Assembly: GCA_029838215.1 (NCBI GenBank)
Contig: JALGVI010000044.1
Span: 1-25,253, forward strand
Source of the DNA: Candidatus Helarchaeota archaeon
GTDB lineage: Archaea > Asgardarchaeota > Lokiarchaeia > Helarchaeales > RDOG01
Reading direction: 5' to 3'
DNA length: 25,253 nt
The notes under the pieces are model-generated. The model was not told the origin of the DNA. It did not search any database and saw only the letters and a list, made by a program, of their open reading frames with translations. Each line of letters starts with the position of its first letter. Positions within the stretch are counted from its first letter, which is position 1. Below are positions 7,175 through 16,320 of this stretch, one piece after another. Made by a program: the position numbers and the translations under genes.

Positions 7175-9079
7175 ATGGAAGGAAAAAGAATTTCTTATCA
7201 TGAATCAGTGCAAAAAATGCACAAAAAATTGAAAGAAGACAATATGAATACAATATGGGATCGCTACGTTGCACAGGGGTTAGGAAAAAATCTAGATCAG
7301 CGTTGTCCTTTTTGCATGGGAGGCGTGCGATGCGATTTATGTTCAAATGGTCCTTGTAGAGCAGATGTAGAAAAAGATAAGCGGGGAGTCTGTGGGATCA
7401 CGGGTGATGGCATGGCAATGAGAATGATGTTGCTTCGAAATATAATGGGAACCTCCACGTATCATTACCACACGGATCAGACCATCAAAACGCTTAGAGC
7501 AACTGCAAAAAAATTGACTCCTTATGAAATACAAGAGCCAGAAAAACTAAAAACATTTGCTGAAAGATTAGGCGTGGACACGTCCGGCGATATAAATGAA
7601 ATTGCCATCCGTTTATGTGATTTTGTGGAAAAAGATTTCAATCGCAAGTATTATGAACCCAGCGTGATCGTGGAAACACTGGCTCCAGAAGAACGAAAAG
7701 AAGCATGGAAAAAAATCGGGATTTTTCCGGGAGGAATCTACGGGGAAATGATGTTTTCCACCAGTTCGTGTCTCACGAACGTTGATGGATATTATGCAAG
7801 CCTGGCACTTAAAGCAATGCGACTGGGCGTGGCAATGGCTTATCAAAGCCAAATTGTCAATGAATTTTGCATGGATATCTTGTACGGCATTCCAAAACCA
7901 CATGCAATGCGAGTAGACTTGGGAGTCCTCGATCCGGATTACGTGAACGTCTTGCCAAATGGACATGAGCCATTCTTGGGATTTGCAATGGTTCAGCTTG
8001 CTCGAAAACCAGAATGGCAGGAAAAAGCCAAAGCCGCAGGAGCCAAAGGACTGAGAATCATCGCAAATATTGAAACAGGACAAGAAATGATTCAGCGGTG
8101 GAAAATGGATGAAACTTTCTACGGATTTACCGGTAACTGGATCATGCAAGAAGCAGTTCTTGCCAGTGGTTGTGTTGATCTATTTGCTTGCGACATGAAT
8201 TGTTCGATGCCAGTTGATCCAATATATGCTGAGAAATACAACTTCAAGTTAATTCCCGTAAGTGAAGTCGTGGTATTTGAAGGTGTTTCTGAACGGATGG
8301 ATTACATTCCCGAAAAAGCCGAAGAACAGGCCGCTGCTCTTTTGGACATGGCAATAGATAATTTCAAAATACGAAGAAAAAAAATCGAACCCGTAACGGG
8401 CTTACCAATGAAAGAAGCCATTGTTGGATTTTCTACAGAAAGTATCTTAGAAGCATTAGGAGGCACGTTAGATCCACTTTTGAATGCCATAAAAGATGGT
8501 ACCATACGTGGCGTGGTCGGTTTAGTCTCCTGCACGAGCCTTCGTGATAAAGGTCAGGATGTCCACACGGTGGACGTTACAAAAGAGCTAATAAAACGCG
8601 ATCTTTTAGTTCTTTCTTTGGGATGCGGAAATGGAGCATTACAGGTTGCAGGGCTCTGTTCGGCAGACGCGAAAGAATTGGCAGGAAATGGTCTGAAAGC
8701 ATTGTGTGAAAAGCTTGGTGTTCCACCAGTTTTAAGCTTCGGGACTTGTACGGATACGGGACGATTGGCGGATCTCATAGCAGCCATAGCCAAAGCATTG
8801 GGAGACGTGCCAATCCCTGACTTGCCGATTGCTGCTGCCGCACCAGAATACATGGAACAAAAAGCCACGATAGATGCCATCTTCGCATTGGCTCTTGGTC
8901 TCTATACATACGTGAATCCCGTTCCAACTGTTTCCAAGGCACCCAATCTTGTAAAGTTATTGACCCAGGATTGCGAGCAAGTAACTGGCGGAATCTTGGA
9001 TGTTGAAATGGATGCCGTAAAGGCAGCAGACAATATATTGGCACATATCGAGAGTAAGAGGAAAAAGTTAGGCATCTAA
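7175..9079 (+). CDS. cooS: CooS-type anaerobic CO dehydrogenase homologue, non-canonical (CooS-V-like)
   Basis: B-cluster C53/C56/C61/C74 and D-cluster C44-X2-C47. C-cluster positions H264, E300 (instead of Cys), C343, C453, C484 and C525. Conserved K563 in EYMEQKA. Confidence 0.92.
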   Translation: MEGKRISYHESVQKMHKKLKEDNMNTIWDRYVAQGLGKNLDQRCPFCMGGVRCDLCSNGPCRADVEKDKRGVCGITGDGMAMRMMLLRNIMGTSTYHYHTDQTIKTLRATAKKLTPYEIQEPEKLKTFAERLGVDTSGDINEIAIRLCDFVEKDFNRKYYEPSVIVETLAPEERKEAWKKIGIFPGGIYGEMMFSTSSCLTNVDGYYASLALKAMRLGVAMAYQSQIVNEFCMDILYGIPKPHAMRVDLGVLDPDYVNVLPNGHEPFLGFAMVQLARKPEWQEKAKAAGAKGLRIIANIETGQEMIQRWKMDETFYGFTGNWIMQEAVLASGCVDLFACDMNCSMPVDPIYAEKYNFKLIPVSEVVVFEGVSERMDYIPEKAEEQAAALLDMAIDNFKIRRKKIEPVTGLPMKEAIVGFSTESILEALGGTLDPLLNAIKDGTIRGVVGLVSCTSLRDKGQDVHTVDVTKELIKRDLLVLSLGCGNGALQVAGLCSADAKELAGNGLKALCEKLGVPPVLSFGTCTDTGRLADLIAAIAKALGDVPIPDLPIAAAAPEYMEQKATIDAIFALALGLYTYVNPVPTVSKAPNLVKLLTQDCEQVTGGILDVEMDAVKAADNILAHIESKRKKLGI

Positions 9080-9178
9080 GAAAAGCAAATATACCAAAAT
9101 TCTCTTTTTTTTAACTACACGAAAACAATTTTTAATAAATTTCGGATTAGATGCTCATTCATTTAAGGATGGAAGAAC

Positions 9179-9499
9179 ATGAAACTTCGGTTAAATGACG
9201 TAGAAGAAGTAAAAATGATAGATGGAATCTACCGAAAAACTCTTGTCAATGACAAGGAGTTAATGTTGGTCCACTTTAGGTTAATAAAGGATACAATCTT
9301 ACCGTTACACTCACATCCGCACGTGCAAGCAGGGTATGTTGTTTCGGGAAAATTAGAATTCTGGGAAGCAGATGAGAAATACATCTTAGAAAAAGGAGAT
9401 AGTTACATCGTTAATGCAAATATTGAACATGGAGCAAAAATAATAGAAGATGCCATTGTCATCGATTCTTTCTCCCCACGACGTGAGGATTATCTTTAA
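9179..9499 (+). CDS. Cupin-2 domain protein
   Basis: Cupin motif 1 'PLHSHPHVQAGYVVSG' and motif 2 'GDSYIVNANIEHG'. Confidence 0.9.
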   Translation: MKLRLNDVEEVKMIDGIYRKTLVNDKELMLVHFRLIKDTILPLHSHPHVQAGYVVSGKLEFWEADEKYILEKGDSYIVNANIEHGAKIIEDAIVIDSFSPRREDYL

Positions 9500-9506
9500 A
9501 TTTTTA

Positions 9507-10439
9507 TCATCTAATGAGTCTTGCACCATCTTTATCAATTTCGGTTTCAAATACTTGAATGGGATGGTCAAAGCACTCTTCAATTATTTGTTTAACCGTT
9601 TTTACGGATTTTTTATTCGTGAAACAGCAGAGCGATTTTCCCAGCATCACCATGCTTGCATTACTGAATCCATTTTTCTCTAACAGAATTAACGCGTCGT
9701 TCAGATCAGTGGGAAGCAAGCCAGTTAGACGTGCGAATGTCTTTGATTGTTTAAATATTTCATCTAATGTTAAGACTGAAATATCTTGAAGAACCTTCAG
9801 GATGTCATGACCACATTTAATGATTTTATCCCGTGTTTTTTGGCTTGATAGAATTTCTCGAGTCTCCAGAATGCCCACGGATGCACAAACAACACGCAGG
9901 TTTGAAGCCAAGTCGAGTTTTTTTACATTACCGATACCAGGAGCTCCTTCCTTGGTTCGCATCTCAAACCCGCCATGAAATTGCCCGATAACATCGCCAA
10001 GCCCAGTTTTGCACTTCACTTCAGCAAGATGAGCAATTTTTCCGCATTCAGTATTCGAAAGACCACAAGCAAGAATATCGTTCATTGCAAGGGCAGTGCT
10101 CAATGCTCCAGCCCCAGAGGCACCAAATCCTGCTTTTTGAGGAACTTCAAGTGCGTGATTAATTGCAATGTTCTTTGGCTCTTCTACCATCTTAAGAAAA
10201 CTTAAGGCAACTTCTCGACTTACGGGAGCAATTTCTTCCTTGTTGTTGATAAAAATCGTGATCTCATCTTGAGTACTATCATCACACGTTATCTCGGTCC
10301 TTATTCCGTGCGTGGTTGAAAAACCGATGCCTAAAGATCCCTTTTTCAATGGATCGGGATCTTCATCACGAATGGAAAACAAAAGTGTAACATGTCCCGG
10401 ACAAAAACTTTTAGCTTTTTTCATGGTCTCCCCAATCAT
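9507..10439 (-). CDS. pok: Pantoate kinase (archaeal GHMP kinase); real start probably ATG at 10424
   Basis: 'FCPGHVT', 'GSLGIG', GHMP loop 'PQKAGFGASGAGAL' and 'AHLAEV...TGLGDV...GGFEMRTKEGAPG'. Confidence 0.88.
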   Translation of the reverse strand: MIGETMKKAKSFCPGHVTLLFSIRDEDPDPLKKGSLGIGFSTTHGIRTEITCDDSTQDEITIFINNKEEIAPVSREVALSFLKMVEEPKNIAINHALEVPQKAGFGASGAGALSTALAMNDILACGLSNTECGKIAHLAEVKCKTGLGDVIGQFHGGFEMRTKEGAPGIGNVKKLDLASNLRVVCASVGILETREILSSQKTRDKIIKCGHDILKVLQDISVLTLDEIFKQSKTFARLTGLLPTDLNDALILLEKNGFSNASMVMLGKSLCCFTNKKSVKTVKQIIEECFDHPIQVFETEIDKDGARLIR

Positions 10440-10451
10440 GCATGAGTTTTT

Positions 10452-11093
10452 TTAGGAAGGTAGCAATAGCGTCAACCCAATCACCATGAAACCTGCAAGC
10501 ATCATTTTTAACCCATAGAAAATCAAGCTTTTCTTTGAAATTTTCCCGAGGAACATCCCTAAAACGAATAGAACAATAAAGGTGAGTAATAACGAGATTG
10601 GAAAAATAAATGGATTCGGAACATTAAAAGGCAAGCCGATGAAGAATGGAATCAAGCAAATGAGAGCAGCCATTGCAGGTGAAAGCCCATCAACAAGTGC
10701 CGCAAGGATACTGGCAAAACGTTGTGCCTTTCCGTAAAGACTTTTTGCAAAATCGCCTTTTTTCTTCGCCATTGCTAATTCTAAATCATGAACTTCTTTT
10801 GCCCGTTCTGCGGCTTCGGTTAAATATGAGCCCCAAAGACCTGAAACACCCATTGCAATGGCAGTAGCGAGTCCCGTCATTGTAACATAATACGTAAGTG
10901 TCGAAGAAAAAATGAAACTCGAGTTCACGCCGAGCATGTTGAGGAATCCGCCGTTTGAAATCCAAGCCCCGATAATTATTCCCAGAGTTGTAAGAGCACC
11001 ATCAAATGCATTCATTACAAAGAAACGTCTCACAATGGGCATTACTTCGCTAATTTCCGCATATTGTTTCCATTTTTTAATAAGTTTTAACAT
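10452..11093 (-). CDS. VIT1/CCC1-family metal (Fe/Mn) transporter, archaeal type
   Basis: 'RRFFVMNAFDGALTTLGIIIG', 'AIAMGVSG...YLTEAAE' and multiple TM helices. Confidence 0.88.
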   Translation of the reverse strand: MLKLIKKWKQYAEISEVMPIVRRFFVMNAFDGALTTLGIIIGAWISNGGFLNMLGVNSSFIFSSTLTYYVTMTGLATAIAMGVSGLWGSYLTEAAERAKEVHDLELAMAKKKGDFAKSLYGKAQRFASILAALVDGLSPAMAALICLIPFFIGLPFNVPNPFIFPISLLLTFIVLFVLGMFLGKISKKSLIFYGLKMMLAGFMVIGLTLLLPS

Positions 11094-11134
11094 TCGGTTT
11101 TTCCTCGAAAATCATGCATTCATTTCAAGTAATT

Positions 11135-11926
11135 TCATAAGAGAAGGTGTATTATAAAATCATCTATCTTGCCTTGACGAATGCGGGCCCATTCTCGTTT
11201 TATTATGGGATAAATCTTCCTGTGGAGGATTTCGCGGTAGAGATCATCATTTTTCATTGTATCCTTAACTAACATGACGAAGTTTGTTAAAATTTTAGTC
11301 AATCGTTCTCTCAGCATTTCGGGATCGACATTTGCCAGTTTATCCATGTCCCATGACCCTGTTTCTTGGTCAAATGCCATGCTAACTAAGTTAAGATTCT
11401 TGTATTCTTCGTCAATGTCAACATTCTGAGCAAAGGCTTGAATTACTGACTGAAAGACATCAAGTAGGTCCATTAATAATGCAGCATCTTTTACTTTTTT
11501 TGCAGCTTCCCAACTCTCGATTAAGGAATCAAGGACTTGGGCAAATGGATCGAACATTTTAACATTTCCATTCCATTCCATCTCATTAAAACTTTCCTTT
11601 ATTGCATACCGTTCACAGAAGGCATCACAGACGAGATGCAGTTGGTTTTTTAGCATGTCTGGCTCATCTTCCTTTGAAGAAGCAGAAATGAAAAGGAGTT
11701 CTTTTTCATCCACGTAGACCCAACGGATTCCTCCCATATCTATGTTTTCTATGCCCGTATCCTCAAGTTCACTTTCAGAAAAACCAAATAGTGCCGACAT
11801 GAACCCACTTAAAAGGTTTTCATCAACCTTGATTTTACCATAATTTTTTGTAAAGATGCTACGTCCAGAAAGTCTTTCTAAAATATACACGGAATACAAG
11901 ACCACGAAATCGTCTCCTCTTTTCAA
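11135..11926 (-). CDS. Longin-like domain protein with helical C-terminal domain; alternative GTG start at 11905
   Basis: N-terminal 'VYILERLSGRSIF...DENLLSGFMSALFGFS...IENIDMGGIRWVYV...LLFIS...LHLVCDAF' matches the longin/AP-sigma-like pattern common in Asgard archaea. Confidence 0.7.
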   Translation of the reverse strand: MKRGDDFVVLYSVYILERLSGRSIFTKNYGKIKVDENLLSGFMSALFGFSESELEDTGIENIDMGGIRWVYVDEKELLFISASSKEDEPDMLKNQLHLVCDAFCERYAIKESFNEMEWNGNVKMFDPFAQVLDSLIESWEAAKKVKDAALLMDLLDVFQSVIQAFAQNVDIDEEYKNLNLVSMAFDQETGSWDMDKLANVDPEMLRERLTKILTNFVMLVKDTMKNDDLYREILHRKIYPIIKREWARIRQGKIDDFIIHLLL

Positions 11927-13320
11927 ACCAGATCGAATTCTCTTGCTAAAATATTTATGGTTCGCCTTAAGTCCTTTCGTAAAATGATAAACGATACGTT
12001 AATTTCGGATGACCCTTGTGCGATCGCTCGTATGTTAATCTTCTTCTTGCCGAGAGCGGAAAAAATTCGTCCTGCAACACCGGGTGTTCCCCCCATGTTT
12101 TCTCCAACAACAGCCACGAGACTCACATTTAGTTCACGTTTTATTTTAAACCACTTCTTCCCAAATAGAGGGGATTGAATTAGCAAATCTTTTGCACGGT
12201 CCCCATCATCTAACGTTACCAGGAAAGTGATGTTGTTTTCAGACGATGCCTGCGATATCATTAACACGTTGATGTTATTGGCACCCATTAAGTCAAATAT
12301 TTTCGCAGCAGTGCCAGGAATGGAAACCATTGCTTCGCCTTCCACGGTTATCATTGCAACATTCTCAATCTGAGCCAATCCAGTTACAATGCTATGCTCT
12401 TCGCGTTTGTCAACAATTAAAGTATGTTCATTAGTTTCTTTATCAAAATTTCGTATTTCTATTGGAATCTTGAGGTCTTCCACGGCATATATACAACGGG
12501 GATGCAGGAGCTTTGCACCAAAATATGCGAGTTCTTTGGCTTCGGCATATGTCAAGGTGTCAATTATTTTTGCATTGGGCTCAAACTTGGGAGATGCAGT
12601 CATTACACCACTTACATCTTTCCACAAAATGATTCTTACGTCATTGTCATCTTTTTTCAGACAATGTGCAAGAATGGTTGCCGTAAAATCGGAGCCACCA
12701 CGACCCAAAGTAGTAATATGACCTTCTTTATTTCGTGCTATAAAGCCAGTAATGATAGGAATGAAGCCCTTTTCTAAAATGGGAATGACCTTGTACTTCA
12801 CCATCTTTTTGGTGATGTCAAACAATGGTAAAGCATCATTATAAACATCATCAGTTACCAAGAATGAATTTGCAGGAAGATAGACCGTATTAATTCCACG
12901 ATTCTTCAAATAATTAGACAAAATGAAGGTGGAAAGTATTTCTCCGTAAGATGTAATGGAATCCAATTTTGCGCAACTCAGACCGTATTCCACGCAATCT
13001 TCAAGCCGCTTTTCGATTTCTTTAATATTGTCTTCGAGATACTCGATCACGGGTATGTGGTAGTCTTTTAAGATTTCTTTGACGATTTTTTCATGTTTGA
13101 CTTTAATTCCATTAAGGAGGTCATTATAATCTTCTTTTTTCTCAGATCTTTTTGCAGTCTGAATTAATAAATCAGTTACCCCTGAAAGTGCGGATACCAC
13201 GAGCACTAATTTATAACGTGAATGGTAGTTTTTTATTATTTGCACTATCTTGTCAAAATCCTCAGCATTCCGAAGGCAGCTTCCACCTATTTTCATGATT
13301 AGAATTGATTCATCAGCCAC
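11923..13320 (-). CDS. lysC: Aspartate kinase with two ACT domains
   Basis: 'MKIGGS', 'VVSALSGVTD', 'SYGE', 'TTLGRGGSDFTA', 'LHPR' and two ACT repeats 'PGTAAKIF' and 'PGVAGRIF...IAQGSSE'. Confidence 0.95.
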   Translation of the reverse strand: MADESILIMKIGGSCLRNAEDFDKIVQIIKNYHSRYKLVLVVSALSGVTDLLIQTAKRSEKKEDYNDLLNGIKVKHEKIVKEILKDYHIPVIEYLEDNIKEIEKRLEDCVEYGLSCAKLDSITSYGEILSTFILSNYLKNRGINTVYLPANSFLVTDDVYNDALPLFDITKKMVKYKVIPILEKGFIPIITGFIARNKEGHITTLGRGGSDFTATILAHCLKKDDNDVRIILWKDVSGVMTASPKFEPNAKIIDTLTYAEAKELAYFGAKLLHPRCIYAVEDLKIPIEIRNFDKETNEHTLIVDKREEHSIVTGLAQIENVAMITVEGEAMVSIPGTAAKIFDLMGANNINVLMISQASSENNITFLVTLDDGDRAKDLLIQSPLFGKKWFKIKRELNVSLVAVVGENMGGTPGVAGRIFSALGKKKINIRAIAQGSSEINVSFIILRKDLRRTINILAREFDLV

Positions 13321-13441
13321 GTAAGATACTATCCTTACAAATCATTTAACACGCGGTTATTAGTTAAGATTCCAATAAATATTAAATCTTTTATGCATGT
13401 AAGGAAAGAAAATTTTTAAATGAAATTCAAAAGTCTTTTCT

Positions 13442-13454
13442 AAAAAGTTATAAA
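13442..13454 (+). promoter_or_regulatory. Candidate BRE-TATA promoter of cdc6
   Basis: AAAAAGTTATAAA about 75 nt upstream of the cdc6 ATG. Confidence 0.35.
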
Positions 13455-13528
13455 GCAGCTCGAGAAATACATATTAGCTGATTTACCGAACGGTACGTTA
13501 GAGCTTCGACAAAAAGCCGAATGAAGAA

Positions 13529-14758
13529 ATGGACGCGTGCGAGTTAAAAAATATGCCTAAAGATGACTTCTTTGAAAGAGAATTATATGGAGCTTCAGTA
13601 TTTAAAGATGAAACCACGCTCATTCGAGACTATGTTCCACCAAAGTTGCCACAACGAGATCAAGATCTTTTAAGGTTAGCACGCGATTTTAAACCGCTTT
13701 TATACAAGGATAAAGGATCATTTTCGGTCAACGTGGCAATCATTGGTCCACCGGGAGTTGGGAAAACCGCTAGTTCTAAATTTTTCATGAATCGATTCCC
13801 TCCTGCTGCGGAAAAAAAGGGTGTCAAAGTCAGTTTCGCCTACTATAATTGCTATACTTATCGAAGCAAGAGCGGGATCCTGCGCAATCTTTTAGAAACA
13901 CAATTCAATCGCTTTTCGGCGCGAGGATTCTCAGACGACGAGCTCCTTCGGGATTTAAATCTCATTTTAGAAAAGCAGGATAAGCATTTAATCCTAATTC
14001 TCGATGAGGCCTTGATGTTGGGCGTGAATGACTTGCTAGAATTTCTTCATTCCCCCGAGGCGTTCAAATTCGGAAAATCGCGCATGTCTTTCATACTCGT
14101 GAGTCGAATTAACGAGTTTAAATCGATGGCAGAATTACAAGATAGTGAACGAATCAACGACATTATTGAATTATCAGGATATTCCAAAGAAGATCTATAT
14201 GAAATTTTAAAATATAGAGTGAGCTTGGCTTTTTATGAAGAAGTAGTTTCACCAGAAGTATTAGATCTGGTCATCGACATAGCAAGTGCCACCCAAAACG
14301 CTCGTCATGGAATCGAAATCTTACATCAAGCAGGAAAAATTGCAGATAATGAAAATATTAATCATATTGAACCTGCAATGATAAGGAGAGCCAAGGGTTT
14401 TGTCTACCCCGAACTTCGAGCAGATGTATTGGAAGAATTAAAATTCCACGAACTTTTAACTGCCTTGGCTATATCGAGGATATTAAAAGACGAGCGGAAA
14501 GCGATGACAACAATCGACGAAGTTTTTTCAATGTATTCAATTGTTTGTGAAGAAAAAAACGTAAAGCCACGTGCAAAAATCACGTATAGGCGTCAAATTG
14601 ATATTCTAAAGGATGCAGGAATCATAAATAAGTTTGTAGCTGCACGCGGAAGTGGAAAACGGGGTAGATTTACCCGAATAACCTTGCATGACGTGCCTGC
14701 ATCAGTTCTAGAAGAAAAGATCGAGAAACTCTTAGAAAAAAAAGTGGTTTTTGAATAG
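13529..14758 (+). CDS. cdc6: Orc1/Cdc6 replication initiation AAA+ ATPase
   Basis: 'DYVPPKLPQR', Walker A GPPGVGKT, Walker B LILDEA, 'NARHGIEIL' sensor region and C-terminal wHTH ending 'GKRGRFTRI'. Confidence 0.95.
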   Translation: MDACELKNMPKDDFFERELYGASVFKDETTLIRDYVPPKLPQRDQDLLRLARDFKPLLYKDKGSFSVNVAIIGPPGVGKTASSKFFMNRFPPAAEKKGVKVSFAYYNCYTYRSKSGILRNLLETQFNRFSARGFSDDELLRDLNLILEKQDKHLILILDEALMLGVNDLLEFLHSPEAFKFGKSRMSFILVSRINEFKSMAELQDSERINDIIELSGYSKEDLYEILKYRVSLAFYEEVVSPEVLDLVIDIASATQNARHGIEILHQAGKIADNENINHIEPAMIRRAKGFVYPELRADVLEELKFHELLTALAISRILKDERKAMTTIDEVFSMYSIVCEEKNVKPRAKITYRRQIDILKDAGIINKFVAARGSGKRGRFTRITLHDVPASVLEEKIEKLLEKKVVFE

Positions 14759-14787
14759 AGGGGTTAATCAGAACAACGAAAAAAATT

Positions 14788-15744
14788 TCACACGTCTAAT
14801 TTAATTTCTAATTTTCCGCATATTTCCTTATATCTATTACGAATAGTTACTTCAGTAATTCCTGCAGCTTTTGCAACTTGAGACTGAGTCCTTCTATCAT
14901 CATTTAAAATGCATGATATGTATATCGCAGCTGCGCATATTCCCATTGGACCTCGACCAGAAAGCAATCCGTTCTTAATCGAAGCGTTAATGATTTCAAT
15001 GCTTTGCTTTATTATTTGATGTTGCAATTGAAGTTGATCTCCAATCTTAAAAATAAAGTCTACGGGTTGTCTATTTGGAACATTGAGCATTAAATTTTTG
15101 ATCAAAAATCGATAATTTCGACCTATTTCCTTTTTACTCGATTTCGATGCCACGGCAATCTCTTCAAGAGTTCTTGGAACGCGGTTCTGACGGCATGCAA
15201 TATATAACGCTGCAGTTATCACGCTTTCAATATTTCTTCCCTTGATATAGCGCTTTTCAAGGGCTTTTCGATAGATTAATGCAGCCTGTTCTTTAATATT
15301 TCTTGAGAGATCTAATTGCGAGCATAAACGTTCGAGTTCAGAAAGCGCAAATGCGAGATTACGCTCAATGGCATCGGATACTCGCATTCGTTTCTGCCAT
15401 TTTCGCAAGCGATAAAGCGTTGCACGACTATTTGCAGATATATTTTTTCCAGCATAATCTTGATTACGCCAATCAATCATTGTTGAAAGTCCCTTATCAT
15501 GAATCGTATACGTGATTGGGACACCCACACGACTCCGACGTTCCCTCTGCTCAAGATCAAATGCCCTCCATTCCTGTCCCATATCGATTTGACGTTCTTC
15601 AATAACCAAACCACAATTGGAACAGATAATCTCCGCACGTACTACATCGCGGATAAGATGGGGGTTTCCGCATTCTTTACATCGGACTTTTGTTTCTAAC
15701 CCACTCGTCCTATAAGCTGACAAAGAGCTTTCGTCTAATCCCAT
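14788..15744 (-). CDS. tfb: Transcription initiation factor IIB
   Basis: Zn ribbon CKEC...CSNC, B-reader 'IDMGQEWRAF' and two cyclin repeats ending 'TEVTIRNRYKE'. Confidence 0.97.
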   Translation of the reverse strand: MGLDESSLSAYRTSGLETKVRCKECGNPHLIRDVVRAEIICSNCGLVIEERQIDMGQEWRAFDLEQRERRSRVGVPITYTIHDKGLSTMIDWRNQDYAGKNISANSRATLYRLRKWQKRMRVSDAIERNLAFALSELERLCSQLDLSRNIKEQAALIYRKALEKRYIKGRNIESVITAALYIACRQNRVPRTLEEIAVASKSSKKEIGRNYRFLIKNLMLNVPNRQPVDFIFKIGDQLQLQHQIIKQSIEIINASIKNGLLSGRGPMGICAAAIYISCILNDDRRTQSQVAKAAGITEVTIRNRYKEICGKLEIKLDV

Positions 15745-15777
15745 CTCTCCAACACCTCATAATGACTTCTTATAGTC

Positions 15778-16056
15778 TTATTTTTCCCAAAGATAGACAG
15801 GTTCACCAATCAATGAAGCATCTACCTTTATTTTTGGTCGAATTGAGATATATGGTGCATTAACGGGGCCAAATATTTCTTTAATTCTTCCTATCTCGCA
15901 CATTTCCTTATTAATTACTTTCACGTGTCCCGAAATCTTCGGCTTACTATTGGATTTGACAATGATATCATTTGGTGGAAACACGTGTAAAACCTGACCC
16001 AATTTTCTCAGAAATACACCCCTATCGGTCTTTTTTTGTTGGACATTCTTGGACAT
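15778..16056 (-). CDS. gar1: H/ACA RNP component Gar1/Naf1; start placed at Met20 of the ORF-track entry
   Basis: 'LGQVLH...IGRIKEIFGPVNAPYISIRP' Gar1 signature, in its usual position upstream of tfb. The ATG at 16056 overlaps the TGA of an upstream small ORF. Confidence 0.88.
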   Translation of the reverse strand: MSKNVQQKKTDRGVFLRKLGQVLHVFPPNDIIVKSNSKPKISGHVKVINKEMCEIGRIKEIFGPVNAPYISIRPKIKVDASLIGEPVYLWEK

Positions 16057-16232
16057 CAGTCCTTGATAGCCCTTTGGATCCCGTGGATCCCGGGGCGAGA
16101 CCGCGCGCCCCATTTCATTATCCTCTTAACCTTTGGATTCGGAACCATATTTTCTTCATCCAAATTGTATTGCGAAACGTTTTGGTCCTCATTTTTTTGA
16201 GCCGCGAGGTTAAATACAGATCTTGGGTTCAT
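16056..16232 (-). other. 58-aa small ORF and/or structured 5' leader upstream of gar1
   Basis: MNPRSVFNLAAQKNEDQNVSQYNLDEENMVPNPKVKRIMKWGARSRPGIHGIQRAIKD*, with a TGATG stop/start overlap with gar1. It contains GC-rich hairpins at 16069-16111. Confidence 0.4.
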
Positions 16233-16264
16233 TTATTAAATTTTTCGGCATGTTACATCTAGTC

Positions 16265-16271
16265 ATATAAA
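16265..16271 (-). promoter_or_regulatory. Candidate TATA box for the leader-gar1-tfb transcript
   Basis: TTTATAT on the minus strand, about 33 nt upstream of ATG 16232. Confidence 0.35.
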
Positions 16272-16320
16272 CGAAAAATTATAGAAAAGTAAGAATCCCA
16301 AGAGAATCAATAAATTCCAA

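Noticed and set aside
13321-13528. Replication origin (ORB elements) next to cdc6
   Set aside because: The region is AT-rich but no GTTCCAG..GGAAAC / G-string ORB-like repeat is visible on either strand, so an origin cannot be supported.
16008-16058. Selenocysteine read-through of the uORF TGA (would give D-U-C-P)
   Set aside because: The TGATG overlap with the gar1 start explains the TGA more simply, and no SECIS could be identified.
16056-16320. RNase P RNA, SRP RNA or C/D-box sRNA between srp19 and gar1
   Set aside because: No GAGGAAAGUCC-type P4 motif, no SRP helix-8 GNRA/GGAA motif and no proper C box (RUGAUGA) was found, and the region is too short and AT-rich.
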